A DNA stretch of 32,000 nucleotides from Synechocystis sp. PCC 6803 substr. PCC-P (GTDB lineage: Bacteria > Cyanobacteriota > Cyanobacteriia > Cyanobacteriales > Microcystaceae). The translations under genes were made by a program, and so were the position numbers. The DNA lies in NCBI RefSeq assembly GCF_000284455.1, contig NC_017039.1, forward strand, positions 1,920,001 to 1,952,000, given 5' to 3'. Position 1 is the first letter of the stretch. Every line of letters starts with the position of its first letter. Shown in pieces: positions 16,502 through 24,545 of the stretch. Below the pieces are notes generated by a model, which ran no database searches, was not told where the DNA came from, and saw only the letters and a program-made list of their open reading frames with translations.

Positions 16502-17338
16502 ATGCAAGGTTTACTGCTCATTTTTTTGATAGGAACAGGATTAATTTTTTTCCTGCAAAATCGACAGCCCATACAACTAAATTTTTTCGGCACCACTGCT
16601 GAGTCTGCCCTAGCTAGCTTCACCTTGCCCCTGGGGTTGTGGGTAGTACTATTCCTCACCCTGGGAGTTTTCACCAGTGTGCTGATCAATGTCCTGAGTT
16701 CCCTAGGTCAACCCAAAGCCAGGCCCCAAAATTTTCGCCCCAATCCCCCCCGGCGATCGCCATCGGAATCCTTTGAGCCACCGCCGCCCCCCACCACTCC
16801 CCCTAGTCCCCAACGGGCACCGCAACCAGTCACCATGGCAGAAGAATGGGATTGGGATGAGCCAGAACCGGATTTGGCTGATTGGTCTGACCCCAAACCC
16901 CCGACTCGACCCCGGCCCACTGTCCAAGATTCCCCCCGCCCTGCCCCCAGGAATAGGGAAAAATTTCCGCCGGAAACAATAGGGCCCACTCCATCGATAG
17001 CCTCTGATGATGACCAAGGCGATCGAAATGATCAAGGAGATAATCTGCCCCCTCTTGCCCAAGAGGAAATAATTTCCCCACCTCCCAGGGAGCCTTTACC
17101 GGATCTGCGACAATTTGAAGCTCCCCAAACCCCCCAAAACACGAAACGGGAGGGTACTATTTATTCTCAGCAATATCGCCCAGCCCGGCCTAAAGCTGAG
17201 AAAAACGAGCCCTCAGATACCAAGCCTCCCCGTCCAAGTGGTGTATATGATGCTCCCTACCGGGTAATTAATTCGGCTCCCAATCCCCCCGTGGCAGAAG
17301 AAAATAACGGGGCTGATGAGGAAGAAGATTGGATTTAA
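16502..17338 (+). CDS. Membrane protein with an N-terminal LapA/DUF1049-like two-TM domain and a long proline-rich acidic tail
   Basis: LLLIFLIGTGLIFFLQNRQPIQLNFFG...LPLGLWVVLFLTLGVFTSVLI, followed by about 200 aa rich in P/E/D/Q (PPPPPTTPPSPQRAPQP). Confidence 0.6.
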   Translation: MQGLLLIFLIGTGLIFFLQNRQPIQLNFFGTTAESALASFTLPLGLWVVLFLTLGVFTSVLINVLSSLGQPKARPQNFRPNPPRRSPSESFEPPPPPTTPPSPQRAPQPVTMAEEWDWDEPEPDLADWSDPKPPTRPRPTVQDSPRPAPRNREKFPPETIGPTPSIASDDDQGDRNDQGDNLPPLAQEEIISPPPREPLPDLRQFEAPQTPQNTKREGTIYSQQYRPARPKAEKNEPSDTKPPRPSGVYDAPYRVINSAPNPPVAEENNGADEEEDWI

Positions 17339-17456
17339 GCTGTTCGGCAATCCCGGCGATTATCTCGCCCATACTTTTGCTTAGGAGATTGGAGTTAGGC
17401 TTGGAAAGTCCCCCAATCCGCTAGGCTATCAAAAAGAGCAGGGTCTATGGGCCACT

Positions 17457-17810
17457 GTGTCCCCACCATTGCCGCTGTTACTTCCGTCCAGTCAAACCGC
17501 CGTGAGCCAAGATCTACCCGCCTCTCCCAATTATTTTCGCCCGGTATTCTTTTCTACCTTTTTGACCATTTTTTTGGCGGAAATGGGTGATAAAACCCAA
17601 TTGAGTACCTTACTAATTAGCGCTGAGTCCCAATCTCCCTGGGTGGTGTTTGCCGGCTCAGCCCTAGCCCTAATTTCCACTAGTCTGTTGGGGGTTTCCC
17701 TGGGGTATTGGATTGCCCGCCGTCTTGATCCGCAAATCCTCGATTTCTCTGTGGCTCTGTTATTGCTCCTCATTGCTGGGTTGCTGATGGGGGACGTGGT
17801 CAGCGCCTAG
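17457..17810 (+). CDS. UPF0016/GDT1 (TMEM165) family half-size protein, putative Mn2+/Ca2+ transporter subunit
   Basis: A single E-x-G-D-K-T motif (FLAEMGDKTQLST) and 3 predicted TM helices in 117 aa. The start is GTG, so its position is uncertain. Confidence 0.78.
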   Translation: MSPPLPLLLPSSQTAVSQDLPASPNYFRPVFFSTFLTIFLAEMGDKTQLSTLLISAESQSPWVVFAGSALALISTSLLGVSLGYWIARRLDPQILDFSVALLLLLIAGLLMGDVVSA

Positions 17811-18012
17811 GCTCAGCACCACAAACATTCCGATATTGAATTTCATTATTCTTGCCTAAAAACGTGGTAAAGCCCCTAGCTTTAGTCATGGCTAGTATAG
17901 GAACCTTGGGGCAATCTGCTCCCCTCTAAGTTTTTGTTAGACTACAGAAATTGTTGATTGATTTGTTGAGTTAGACAAGTCTTTTTTTACTGTTTTTACT
18001 TCGCTAAATTCT

Positions 18013-18522
18013 ATGACTGCCCAAGCCAACAACACAATCTACGGTTTTTCTGCCAATGCCTTGGATGGTTCCCCCGTAGCTCTGAGGGACTTTGAAGGTA
18101 AAGTGCTGTTAATTGTCAACACCGCCAGTCAATGTGGCTTCACTCCCCAATACCAAGGACTCCAGGCTCTATACAATCGATTCGGCGATCGGGGTTTTAC
18201 GGTGCTTGGTTTTCCCTGTAATCAGTTTGGCCAGCAGGAACCCGGTGGCTCAGGGGAAATTAAAAACTTTTGCGAAACCCGTTATGGAGTAACTTTTCCC
18301 TTATTTGAAAAAGTGGAAGTCAATGGTCCCAACGCCCATCCCCTATTTAAGTTTTTAACCGCAGCTAGCCCTGGTATGGCCATTCCTTTTTTGGGTGGTG
18401 CGGAGGACATTAAATGGAATTTCACTAAGTTTTTGGTCGATCGCCAAGGTAAAGTGGTCAAACGCTACGGTTCCATCGCCAAACCCGATGAAATTGCGGC
18501 GGACATCGAGAAATTGTTGTAA
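18013..18522 (+). CDS. gpx: Glutathione peroxidase-like peroxidase (Cys type)
   Basis: NTASQCGFTPQ (catalytic Cys), FPCNQFGQQEPG and WNFTKFLVDRQG are the three canonical GPx blocks. Confidence 0.92.
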   Translation: MTAQANNTIYGFSANALDGSPVALRDFEGKVLLIVNTASQCGFTPQYQGLQALYNRFGDRGFTVLGFPCNQFGQQEPGGSGEIKNFCETRYGVTFPLFEKVEVNGPNAHPLFKFLTAASPGMAIPFLGGAEDIKWNFTKFLVDRQGKVVKRYGSIAKPDEIAADIEKLL

Positions 18523-18548
18523 TTTTCTGACCCCATTCCTGCAAAATT

Positions 18549-18809
18549 TTGCCTACTAACAAAGACCAATTTGAACGCTTAAAGGCTGAGGCCGAGGCTC
18601 CCTATCGAGGTTTCCGCAAATTTATCTACCTGGGCTTGGGGGCTTCCGGCCTGATTGGCGTATTTATTTTTAGCCTCCGACTGCTGGCCGGCTACGACCC
18701 GACGGAGATTTTGCCCAATTTGGCCCTCCAACTGGGGGTAGTGGCCCTGATGACTTGGCTATTTCGCTGGGAATCGAGCAAAAACCAGGGCAACAATGGA
18801 GACAATTAG
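18549..18809 (+). CDS. Small conserved cyanobacterial/plastid-type membrane protein (DUF3493-like)
   Basis: RLKAEAEAPYRGFRKFIYLGLGASGLIGVFIF... has 2 TM helices. The start is TTG and there is no in-frame ATG. The family assignment is from memory only. Confidence 0.5.
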   Translation: MPTNKDQFERLKAEAEAPYRGFRKFIYLGLGASGLIGVFIFSLRLLAGYDPTEILPNLALQLGVVALMTWLFRWESSKNQGNNGDN

Positions 18810-18892
18810 AATGCGTCCTCTCCCCTAGAAATTTTGGCGATCGCCTGGTCAAAATTCATTCCGGTGTGACCAGGGCTTTAATCATCAGGGCA

Positions 18893-19534
18893 TCAATTAT
18901 CAATGAACTGCAACGCATTAAGAAACGTGCGGGCCGCATTATCTCTGGTGCTGGTCAAGGGTTGTATGACCCCCATGGCATAGATTTTATTCCCGACTAA
19001 ATAGGCACGAAAAGTCACTCTTTCTGTGTCACTTTCAAAAGTAAATTCCGAGCCTTGATAATCCCCCAAAGTTACCGGGCGCTCATTCATGAGGGAAAAG
19101 GTTTCCGTCGGGGCTACCCTGGCTTGCATAGCGGTGAACAGGGCCGCAGGGTCGTTAATTTGTTGCTCAGTTAACCCTGTGGCATAGGCCGCCACATAAC
19201 GATGGTCGTTGTCGGTGCTGGTCAAGGTTTGAAAATTTAAATCCCCTTCAGCGGTAGCAATGACAACGTTATCCTGGGCCAAAATTCCTGGGGGCATCCA
19301 AAAAGAAACATTACCCTGGCTAAAAACAATTAACTGCCAATTGTTAGCATTGGTGCGGATAGGCGGTACACCGCTGGGGGGACGTTGGAACCGCAGAGTG
19401 TCCTGGGATTGGGGACGACCCGTTTCAAAAAAACTCCGCAGATCTTGGTTGGGGGACTGGGCCATTACTTGGCCCGTGGTTGATCCTCCCACAACAGTGG
19501 CGATCGCCGTAGCGACAAATAGTGAGTACTTCAT
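18893..19534 (-). CDS. Hypothetical secreted protein
   Basis: The ATG at 19534 gives MKYSLFVATAIATVVGGSTTGQVMAQ, a signal peptide. It begins 43 nt downstream of the symporter's stop on the same strand. Confidence 0.6.
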   Translation of the reverse strand: MKYSLFVATAIATVVGGSTTGQVMAQSPNQDLRSFFETGRPQSQDTLRFQRPPSGVPPIRTNANNWQLIVFSQGNVSFWMPPGILAQDNVVIATAEGDLNFQTLTSTDNDHRYVAAYATGLTEQQINDPAALFTAMQARVAPTETFSLMNERPVTLGDYQGSEFTFESDTERVTFRAYLVGNKIYAMGVIQPLTSTRDNAARTFLNALQFIDN

Positions 19535-19576
19535 AAAAAAGCCCTTAAATTCAACAAAACTCAAACAGTTAGTTCA

Positions 19577-21115
19577 CTAGCCCAAATCTTGGTCATCGGC
19601 TCCCGGCCTGGCCACAACATTGGTGCCCGGAGCATCTGTGACCGGATGCCAAATGGTCAAACCGAGTAAATGCTTAGGAGTGGGGGCGCTGGCAAAGAGG
19701 GAAATCCCTAAAGCTAGCAGAACAGCCAGGGGAGCAGTGACCGCCGAGCGCCAAATGCCAGGGAAAGTAAGCCAACCGGCATTGGAAGCAATAATTACCA
19801 GTAAAACTGCCGCCACGGTGCCGTAAAAAGCACCCAGAGCATTAATGCGGGGAAACAAGACCCCCATCAGAAAAATCCCCAACAGCGGTCCCAAAAACAT
19901 GGTGGTATAGGACACCAAGAATTCTAGTAGATCCTGCCCGGTGGAAGCGGCATAAATAGCGGAAAAAATTGCCACTACGCCCCAGACAATAATTAACCCC
20001 TGGGCCACCCGGACTGAGCGCATTTCGCTGGCTTGAATATTTATGTAACGGTCGTAAAAGTCCACCGTCATGCAAGTGGCCAAAGAATGCAAAGCAGAAT
20101 CGATGGAAGACATGGCCGCCGCAAAAATCGCCGCCACGAGGAATCCCGATGCCCCAGGGGGGACTTGGTTGACAATAAAATAGGAAAGGATTTCATCGGG
20201 TTTGATATTTCCTGGTAACCCTCCCTGGAGTTGGTAAAAGCTGAATAGCAAAACCCCTAGTAACAGGGTGGCCCCTACTCCTAAAACGCCGGAAAACCAA
20301 CCGAGAAAGATGGCTTTGCGGGCTGATTGCTCATCGGCACAGGAAACATAACGCTGGACTGACTGTTGATTAGTCCCCGCCACCGCAAAAGCTAAAATGC
20401 CGTAGGCGATCAACGCTGTGGGTAGAGAACGAATGGAAGCGGGATCCCAATCAAAATTAAATACCACCAACTTGCCGTTTTCCCCAGCAATGCGCCACAG
20501 TTCCCCAAAACCCCCTGGCACAGCGGTAACTGCGGCCCAAATGCCCGCCCCCAAACCGACGAAAATCATGCCAAATTGCAACACGTCCGTCCAAACTACG
20601 GCGGTGATTCCCCCGGCAACGGTGTAAATAATCGAAACCACCCCCACCATCAAAATGGCAGTATTCGTACTAATGCCAGTTAGCACCGATAACACCAGGG
20701 CGGCGGCGTATAAAAGTCCCCCTAGGCGGGCAATGACAAACAGCAGAAAACAAAGGGAACCGAGGGAACGGGTTTTGGCATCGAAGCGCCTTTCCAAATA
20801 TTCGTAGGCAGTGGTGAGATTGAGCCGGACAAAAAATGGCAAAAAGACAGCAATGACTAAGCCATAGCCGATTAAGTCTCCCAATTGCAGTTGCAAATAT
20901 AAAAAGCCGTGGCCGTAACCCTCCCCCGGGCCCCCCAGCAAAGAAGCGGCGGAAAAAGAGGTGGCAATGATGGAAAAACCTAGGGCCCACCAGGGAATTT
21001 GCTTTGCACCCCGGAAATATTCATCGGTATTATCTTGTTTGCGACTGGCGATCGCCCCAATGGCAATGACAATCGCCGAATAGACCAGCACAATGGCCCA
21101 GTCAATCATGCCCAT
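19577..21115 (-). CDS. Sodium:solute symporter (SSS) family transporter
   Basis: About 13 TM helices and SSS-type N-terminal blocks (EYFRGAKQIPWWALGFSIIATSFSAASLLGGPG, AYEYLERRF). Confidence 0.9.
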   Translation of the reverse strand: MGMIDWAIVLVYSAIVIAIGAIASRKQDNTDEYFRGAKQIPWWALGFSIIATSFSAASLLGGPGEGYGHGFLYLQLQLGDLIGYGLVIAVFLPFFVRLNLTTAYEYLERRFDAKTRSLGSLCFLLFVIARLGGLLYAAALVLSVLTGISTNTAILMVGVVSIIYTVAGGITAVVWTDVLQFGMIFVGLGAGIWAAVTAVPGGFGELWRIAGENGKLVVFNFDWDPASIRSLPTALIAYGILAFAVAGTNQQSVQRYVSCADEQSARKAIFLGWFSGVLGVGATLLLGVLLFSFYQLQGGLPGNIKPDEILSYFIVNQVPPGASGFLVAAIFAAAMSSIDSALHSLATCMTVDFYDRYINIQASEMRSVRVAQGLIIVWGVVAIFSAIYAASTGQDLLEFLVSYTTMFLGPLLGIFLMGVLFPRINALGAFYGTVAAVLLVIIASNAGWLTFPGIWRSAVTAPLAVLLALGISLFASAPTPKHLLGLTIWHPVTDAPGTNVVARPGADDQDLG

Positions 21116-21261
21116 GAAAAATCAAACTCCTTGGCAATGTGGCAATATTCCACCCTACAGGTTTTGGGACGTAGAGCACCGCCAGATTGATCCCAACTAC
21201 AGGGAATGAAAGTGAAAAAGTCTGTTTTTTCCGACAGAGGAAAGAGCTTGATTGGTTTTAA

Positions 21262-21729
21262 CTATAAACAAGCAGCCAAAATGTCCTGTTCCAGGGCACC
21301 AATGGTGCTGATTTCCTTTAAGCCCTGCAACGTTAAGTCAATATTGTTACCACTGCGGGCCACTGGCGATCGGGGAACTAGGTTCAGGGCAAAACGGCTG
21401 GGGGGCTGCTCCCCATAGGGGTCTTCCACTACCAAATCCAACGCTTGGGCAGAGACGGCGCCATGGGTACAAGCAAACTCAGACTGGTAAGCAAAAAAAG
21501 CTCCTATCAGTTGATTGCCCCGTACCTGAAAGATGAAATATTCCTGGCCCACTAACCCCGGCTGGGCAGATTCACCATAAAAATGAACACCTTGGCGCAG
21601 AGGAAAATTTTGGGCTGCAACGGCCATTGGTGTGATTAAATTTCCTAGTCCCATAAAGGCAAAGCTTAGTAGGGCGGTGGAAAATTTGGCCAGGCGATCG
21701 CCGCTGCCTGGAAGTAGGAAAAGTAACAT
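21262..21729 (-). CDS. Hypothetical secreted protein
   Basis: ATG start and a signal-like N-terminus (FSTALLSFAFMGLGNLITPMAVAAQ). No recognised domain. Confidence 0.5.
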   Translation of the reverse strand: MLLFLLPGSGDRLAKFSTALLSFAFMGLGNLITPMAVAAQNFPLRQGVHFYGESAQPGLVGQEYFIFQVRGNQLIGAFFAYQSEFACTHGAVSAQALDLVVEDPYGEQPPSRFALNLVPRSPVARSGNNIDLTLQGLKEISTIGALEQDILAACL

Positions 21730-21950
21730 AATTTTGTAGGTGGGAGGAGTAAGGTTAATGATTAAATCATTACTTCTAACTTAACAATCATTCACGAAAC
21801 TGAGCTTCCCCCGATAGTATGATGATCCAAAAATTAACAAACTTTCATTAATTTACTGATGGCGATCGTCAATGATGCGGACTATATTGCAGATTGTCAG
21901 TAACCATCTCGGCAGTTTTTAAGCCAGCGAGACCCATAACTCCCATAACT

Positions 21951-23342
21951 ATGGATAAAGCCATTCGGAAAATTTTTGCCTATCTTCGTCCAGGGGTCAT
22001 CCTAGTCGCTTGCTTGCTGAGCCTATTGTTTTTTGTTCGGCCTGCCCTGGCTTTTTGTGGTTTTTATGTAGCCCAGGCTGACACTAGTCTTTATAACCAT
22101 GCGTCCCAGGTGATCATTGCCAAAGACGGCGATCAGACAGTGCTAACCATGGCCAACGATTACCAAGGGAAAGCCCAAGATTTTGCCCTCGTGGTGCCGG
22201 TTCCGGTGGTGCTACAGGAAGACCAAGTAAACGTAGGGGAGAGAAAAATTATTGAGCGTTTAGACAATTTTAGTGCCCCCCGTTTAGTGGAATATTTTGA
22301 CAATAATCCCTGTGAAACCTACGGCGGCCGTCAATTTATGGATGCAATGCCAGCGGCCCCCAGCATGACCAGAGGATTGCAAGAAAAAATAAGCAATGAA
22401 GCGTTGGGAGTCACCATTGAAAATCAGTTTTCGGTAGGAGAATACGACATTCTCATCCTCAGTGCCAAGGAATCCAATGGCCTAGAAACTTGGTTAAACC
22501 AAAATAATTACCGCATTCCCCCTGGAGCGACCGATGTATTGGGAGCATATATTAAACAAGGGCTAAAGTTTTTTGTTGCTAAAGTCAACCTGAAAGAATT
22601 CGATCGCCAAGGATTTCAAGCCTTACGGCCGCTGATGATGGCCTATGAATCCCCCCGGTTTATGTTGCCCATTCGTTTAGGTATGGTGAATGCAGATGGC
22701 CCCCAAGAATTAATCGTTTATCTACTCTCTCCCCAAGGAGCGGTGGAAGTTACCAACTATCGCACTGAAAAAATTCCCTCTAACTTAGATTTACCTGAAT
22801 TTGTCCAGGGGGAATTTGGCCAGTTCTATGGCGCTATGTTCGACACTGCCTATAAGCGCTCCGGCAAAAATGTTGCCTTTCTGGAATATGCCTGGGACAT
22901 GGGCAGTTGTGATCCCTGTTCGGCGGATCCCCTTTCCCCCCAAGAACTAGAAGAAGCCGGAGTATTTTGGTTAGACCAACCCAGTGCTAGCCCCAATCCT
23001 TCCTTCCGGGGTATGCCTTTCCCTGGCAACAGCAATGTGTTCATCACCCGTTTACATTTACGCTACACCCCCGACAAATTCCCGGAGGATTTACGTTTTC
23101 AAAACACCGCTAACCAGGAATTGTTCCAAGGGCGTTATGTCCTACGGCGTCCCTATCGTGGGGAAATGAATTGCACCGCCGCCAACACCTATCGTCAAAC
23201 GGTGCAAAAACGCCAACGGGAAGAAGCCAAGACCCTTGCTAATTTGACTGGTTGGCCCCTGGGGGAAATTGAGGACAAAATTAACTATCTGGAAGGCCCC
23301 CGGGATTCTATTCCCTGGTGGCGCAAACTCTGGCCCCGTTAA
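21951..23342 (+). CDS. DUF2330-like secreted protein, function unknown
   Basis: The ATG at 21951 gives a signal peptide ending ALA-FCGFYVAQ. The Cys-Gly-aromatic start of the mature protein and the ~460-aa length fit my memory of DUF2330. The ORF-track start at 21894 is upstream and non-ATG. Confidence 0.6.
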   Translation: MDKAIRKIFAYLRPGVILVACLLSLLFFVRPALAFCGFYVAQADTSLYNHASQVIIAKDGDQTVLTMANDYQGKAQDFALVVPVPVVLQEDQVNVGERKIIERLDNFSAPRLVEYFDNNPCETYGGRQFMDAMPAAPSMTRGLQEKISNEALGVTIENQFSVGEYDILILSAKESNGLETWLNQNNYRIPPGATDVLGAYIKQGLKFFVAKVNLKEFDRQGFQALRPLMMAYESPRFMLPIRLGMVNADGPQELIVYLLSPQGAVEVTNYRTEKIPSNLDLPEFVQGEFGQFYGAMFDTAYKRSGKNVAFLEYAWDMGSCDPCSADPLSPQELEEAGVFWLDQPSASPNPSFRGMPFPGNSNVFITRLHLRYTPDKFPEDLRFQNTANQELFQGRYVLRRPYRGEMNCTAANTYRQTVQKRQREEAKTLANLTGWPLGEIEDKINYLEGPRDSIPWWRKLWPR

Positions 23343-23372
23343 AGTTGAAGTAACTTATACATCTCAATTGCC

Positions 23373-23549
23373 ATGGATCCCTTAACCAAATTAGTTTTAA
23401 GCGCCACTACCCTGCCCGTGCTTTCCGCCCTGGGTTTAGCCCGTTGCCTTGGTCAACGCAGTGAAGCCCTAGGTAAACTTTCCGAAGAAGTGTTCCGAGG
23501 CGATCGCCTGCCGGTGTTACCCTTTCCCGTCGAAGAAGAAGCAGGTTAA
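23373..23549 (+). CDS. Small ORF (58 aa), hypothetical; below the ORF-track length cut-off
   Basis: My own translation: MDPLTKLVLSATTLPVLSALGLARCLGQRSEALGKLSEEVFRGDRLPVLPFPVEEEAG*. Codon composition is host-like and it contains a HIP1 site. It sits between two same-strand genes. Confidence 0.35.
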   Translation: MDPLTKLVLSATTLPVLSALGLARCLGQRSEALGKLSEEVFRGDRLPVLPFPVEEEAG

Positions 23550-23613
23550 AGTGAATACTCCCCCCAAACCTTGGCTGGGGATAGCGGGTGAGTTGTAATT
23601 TGACTAAAACTTT

Positions 23614-24402
23614 ATGGGTCATTTTCCCCACAAACTGCGGGTGCTGTTGAGCGTTTACTTTGCCCAAATGGTGGAGTACCGGGCAGAAATTTTCTTTTGG
23701 ATTTTGTCCGGCTCCCTGCCTCTAATTTTGATGGGCGTGTGGGTGAAAGCAGCGGAGAGTGGCGACTTTACCCTTGACGCGATCCAGGTGGCCCGGTATT
23801 TTTTTGCTGTCTTTGTGGTGCGCCAGATGACCACCATCTGGGTAATTTGGGAATTTGAAAAGGAAGTGCTGGAAGGAGTTTTATCTTTCCGTTTACTGCA
23901 ACCCCTAGATCCGGTGTGGCATCATATAGCCCGCCACTGGGCCGAAAAAATGACCCGCCTGCCCATTCTGGCTATTTTGACTGTTCTTTTTTTCTCCCTC
24001 TATCCCGAAGCCTTTTGGCTGCCCGATCCCTGGCATTTTATCCAAGGGCTAATTGGCATTGTCTGTTCCTTTACCTTGTACTTTTTGATTCAGTACACCT
24101 TTGCCCTCTGTGCCTTTTGGACGGAACGGGCCAGCGCCCTCCAAGACCTCTGGTTTTTGTTTTATATTTTTCTGTCGGGCGTTATTGCTCCCCTAGAGAC
24201 CTTTCCCGACGCAGTAAGGCAAATTGTTTTACTCACCCCGTTCCCCTACGGTGTTTACTTCCCCGCCGCCGCTTTGGTGGGTTTACCTTTGCCCTTCTTC
24301 AAGAGTTTATTAATTATTGGTGTTTGGATTGGCATATTTGCCCTGCTTAACCGTTGGCTATGGCGACAGGGTTTGAAACAATATTCTGGCATGGGAGCGT
24401 AG
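23614..24402 (+). CDS. ABC-2 type transporter permease (DUF990/ABC2_membrane_6-like)
   Basis: The N-terminal block YFAQMVEYRAEIFFWILSG and 6 TM helices are typical of this permease family. No ATPase gene is adjacent. Confidence 0.72.
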   Translation: MGHFPHKLRVLLSVYFAQMVEYRAEIFFWILSGSLPLILMGVWVKAAESGDFTLDAIQVARYFFAVFVVRQMTTIWVIWEFEKEVLEGVLSFRLLQPLDPVWHHIARHWAEKMTRLPILAILTVLFFSLYPEAFWLPDPWHFIQGLIGIVCSFTLYFLIQYTFALCAFWTERASALQDLWFLFYIFLSGVIAPLETFPDAVRQIVLLTPFPYGVYFPAAALVGLPLPFFKSLLIIGVWIGIFALLNRWLWRQGLKQYSGMGA

Positions 24403-24459
24403 GGCCAGGGCCCTTTGCCTGGTTTCAGGTTACTATTCTCAATTGACCCACTAAAGTGA

Positions 24460-24482
24460 CCCCAATGCTGGGGGATTTTTTT
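24460..24482 (+). terminator. Rho-independent terminator after the ABC-2 permease gene
   Basis: CCCCA (24460-24464) / TGGGG (24469-24473) with a 4-nt loop, then GATTTTTTT. Confidence 0.5.
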
Positions 24483-24545
24483 CTAGCTTCTCCCCCGACT
24501 TGGGATTCAATTCCCCCATTTAATTGGGGCTTGGCCTAACTTTTT

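Noticed and set aside
16703-17081. Four ORFs (16703-17062, 16708-16989, 16773-16982, 16830-17081) overlapping the proline-rich region
   Set aside because: Their G/R/W-rich products mirror the CCN-rich coding strand. They are a compositional artefact.
23407-23667. 86-aa minus-strand ORF overlapping the 58-aa plus-strand small ORF and the start of the ABC-2 permease gene
   Set aside because: It overlaps a well-supported gene start and has an R/G/L-rich shadow-like composition. The plus-strand small ORF is the better candidate, though still weak.
23916-24350. 144-aa plus-strand ORF in an alternative frame of the ABC-2 permease gene
   Set aside because: It is a same-strand overlapping frame, and its product is P/R/C/L-rich with no membrane-protein logic.
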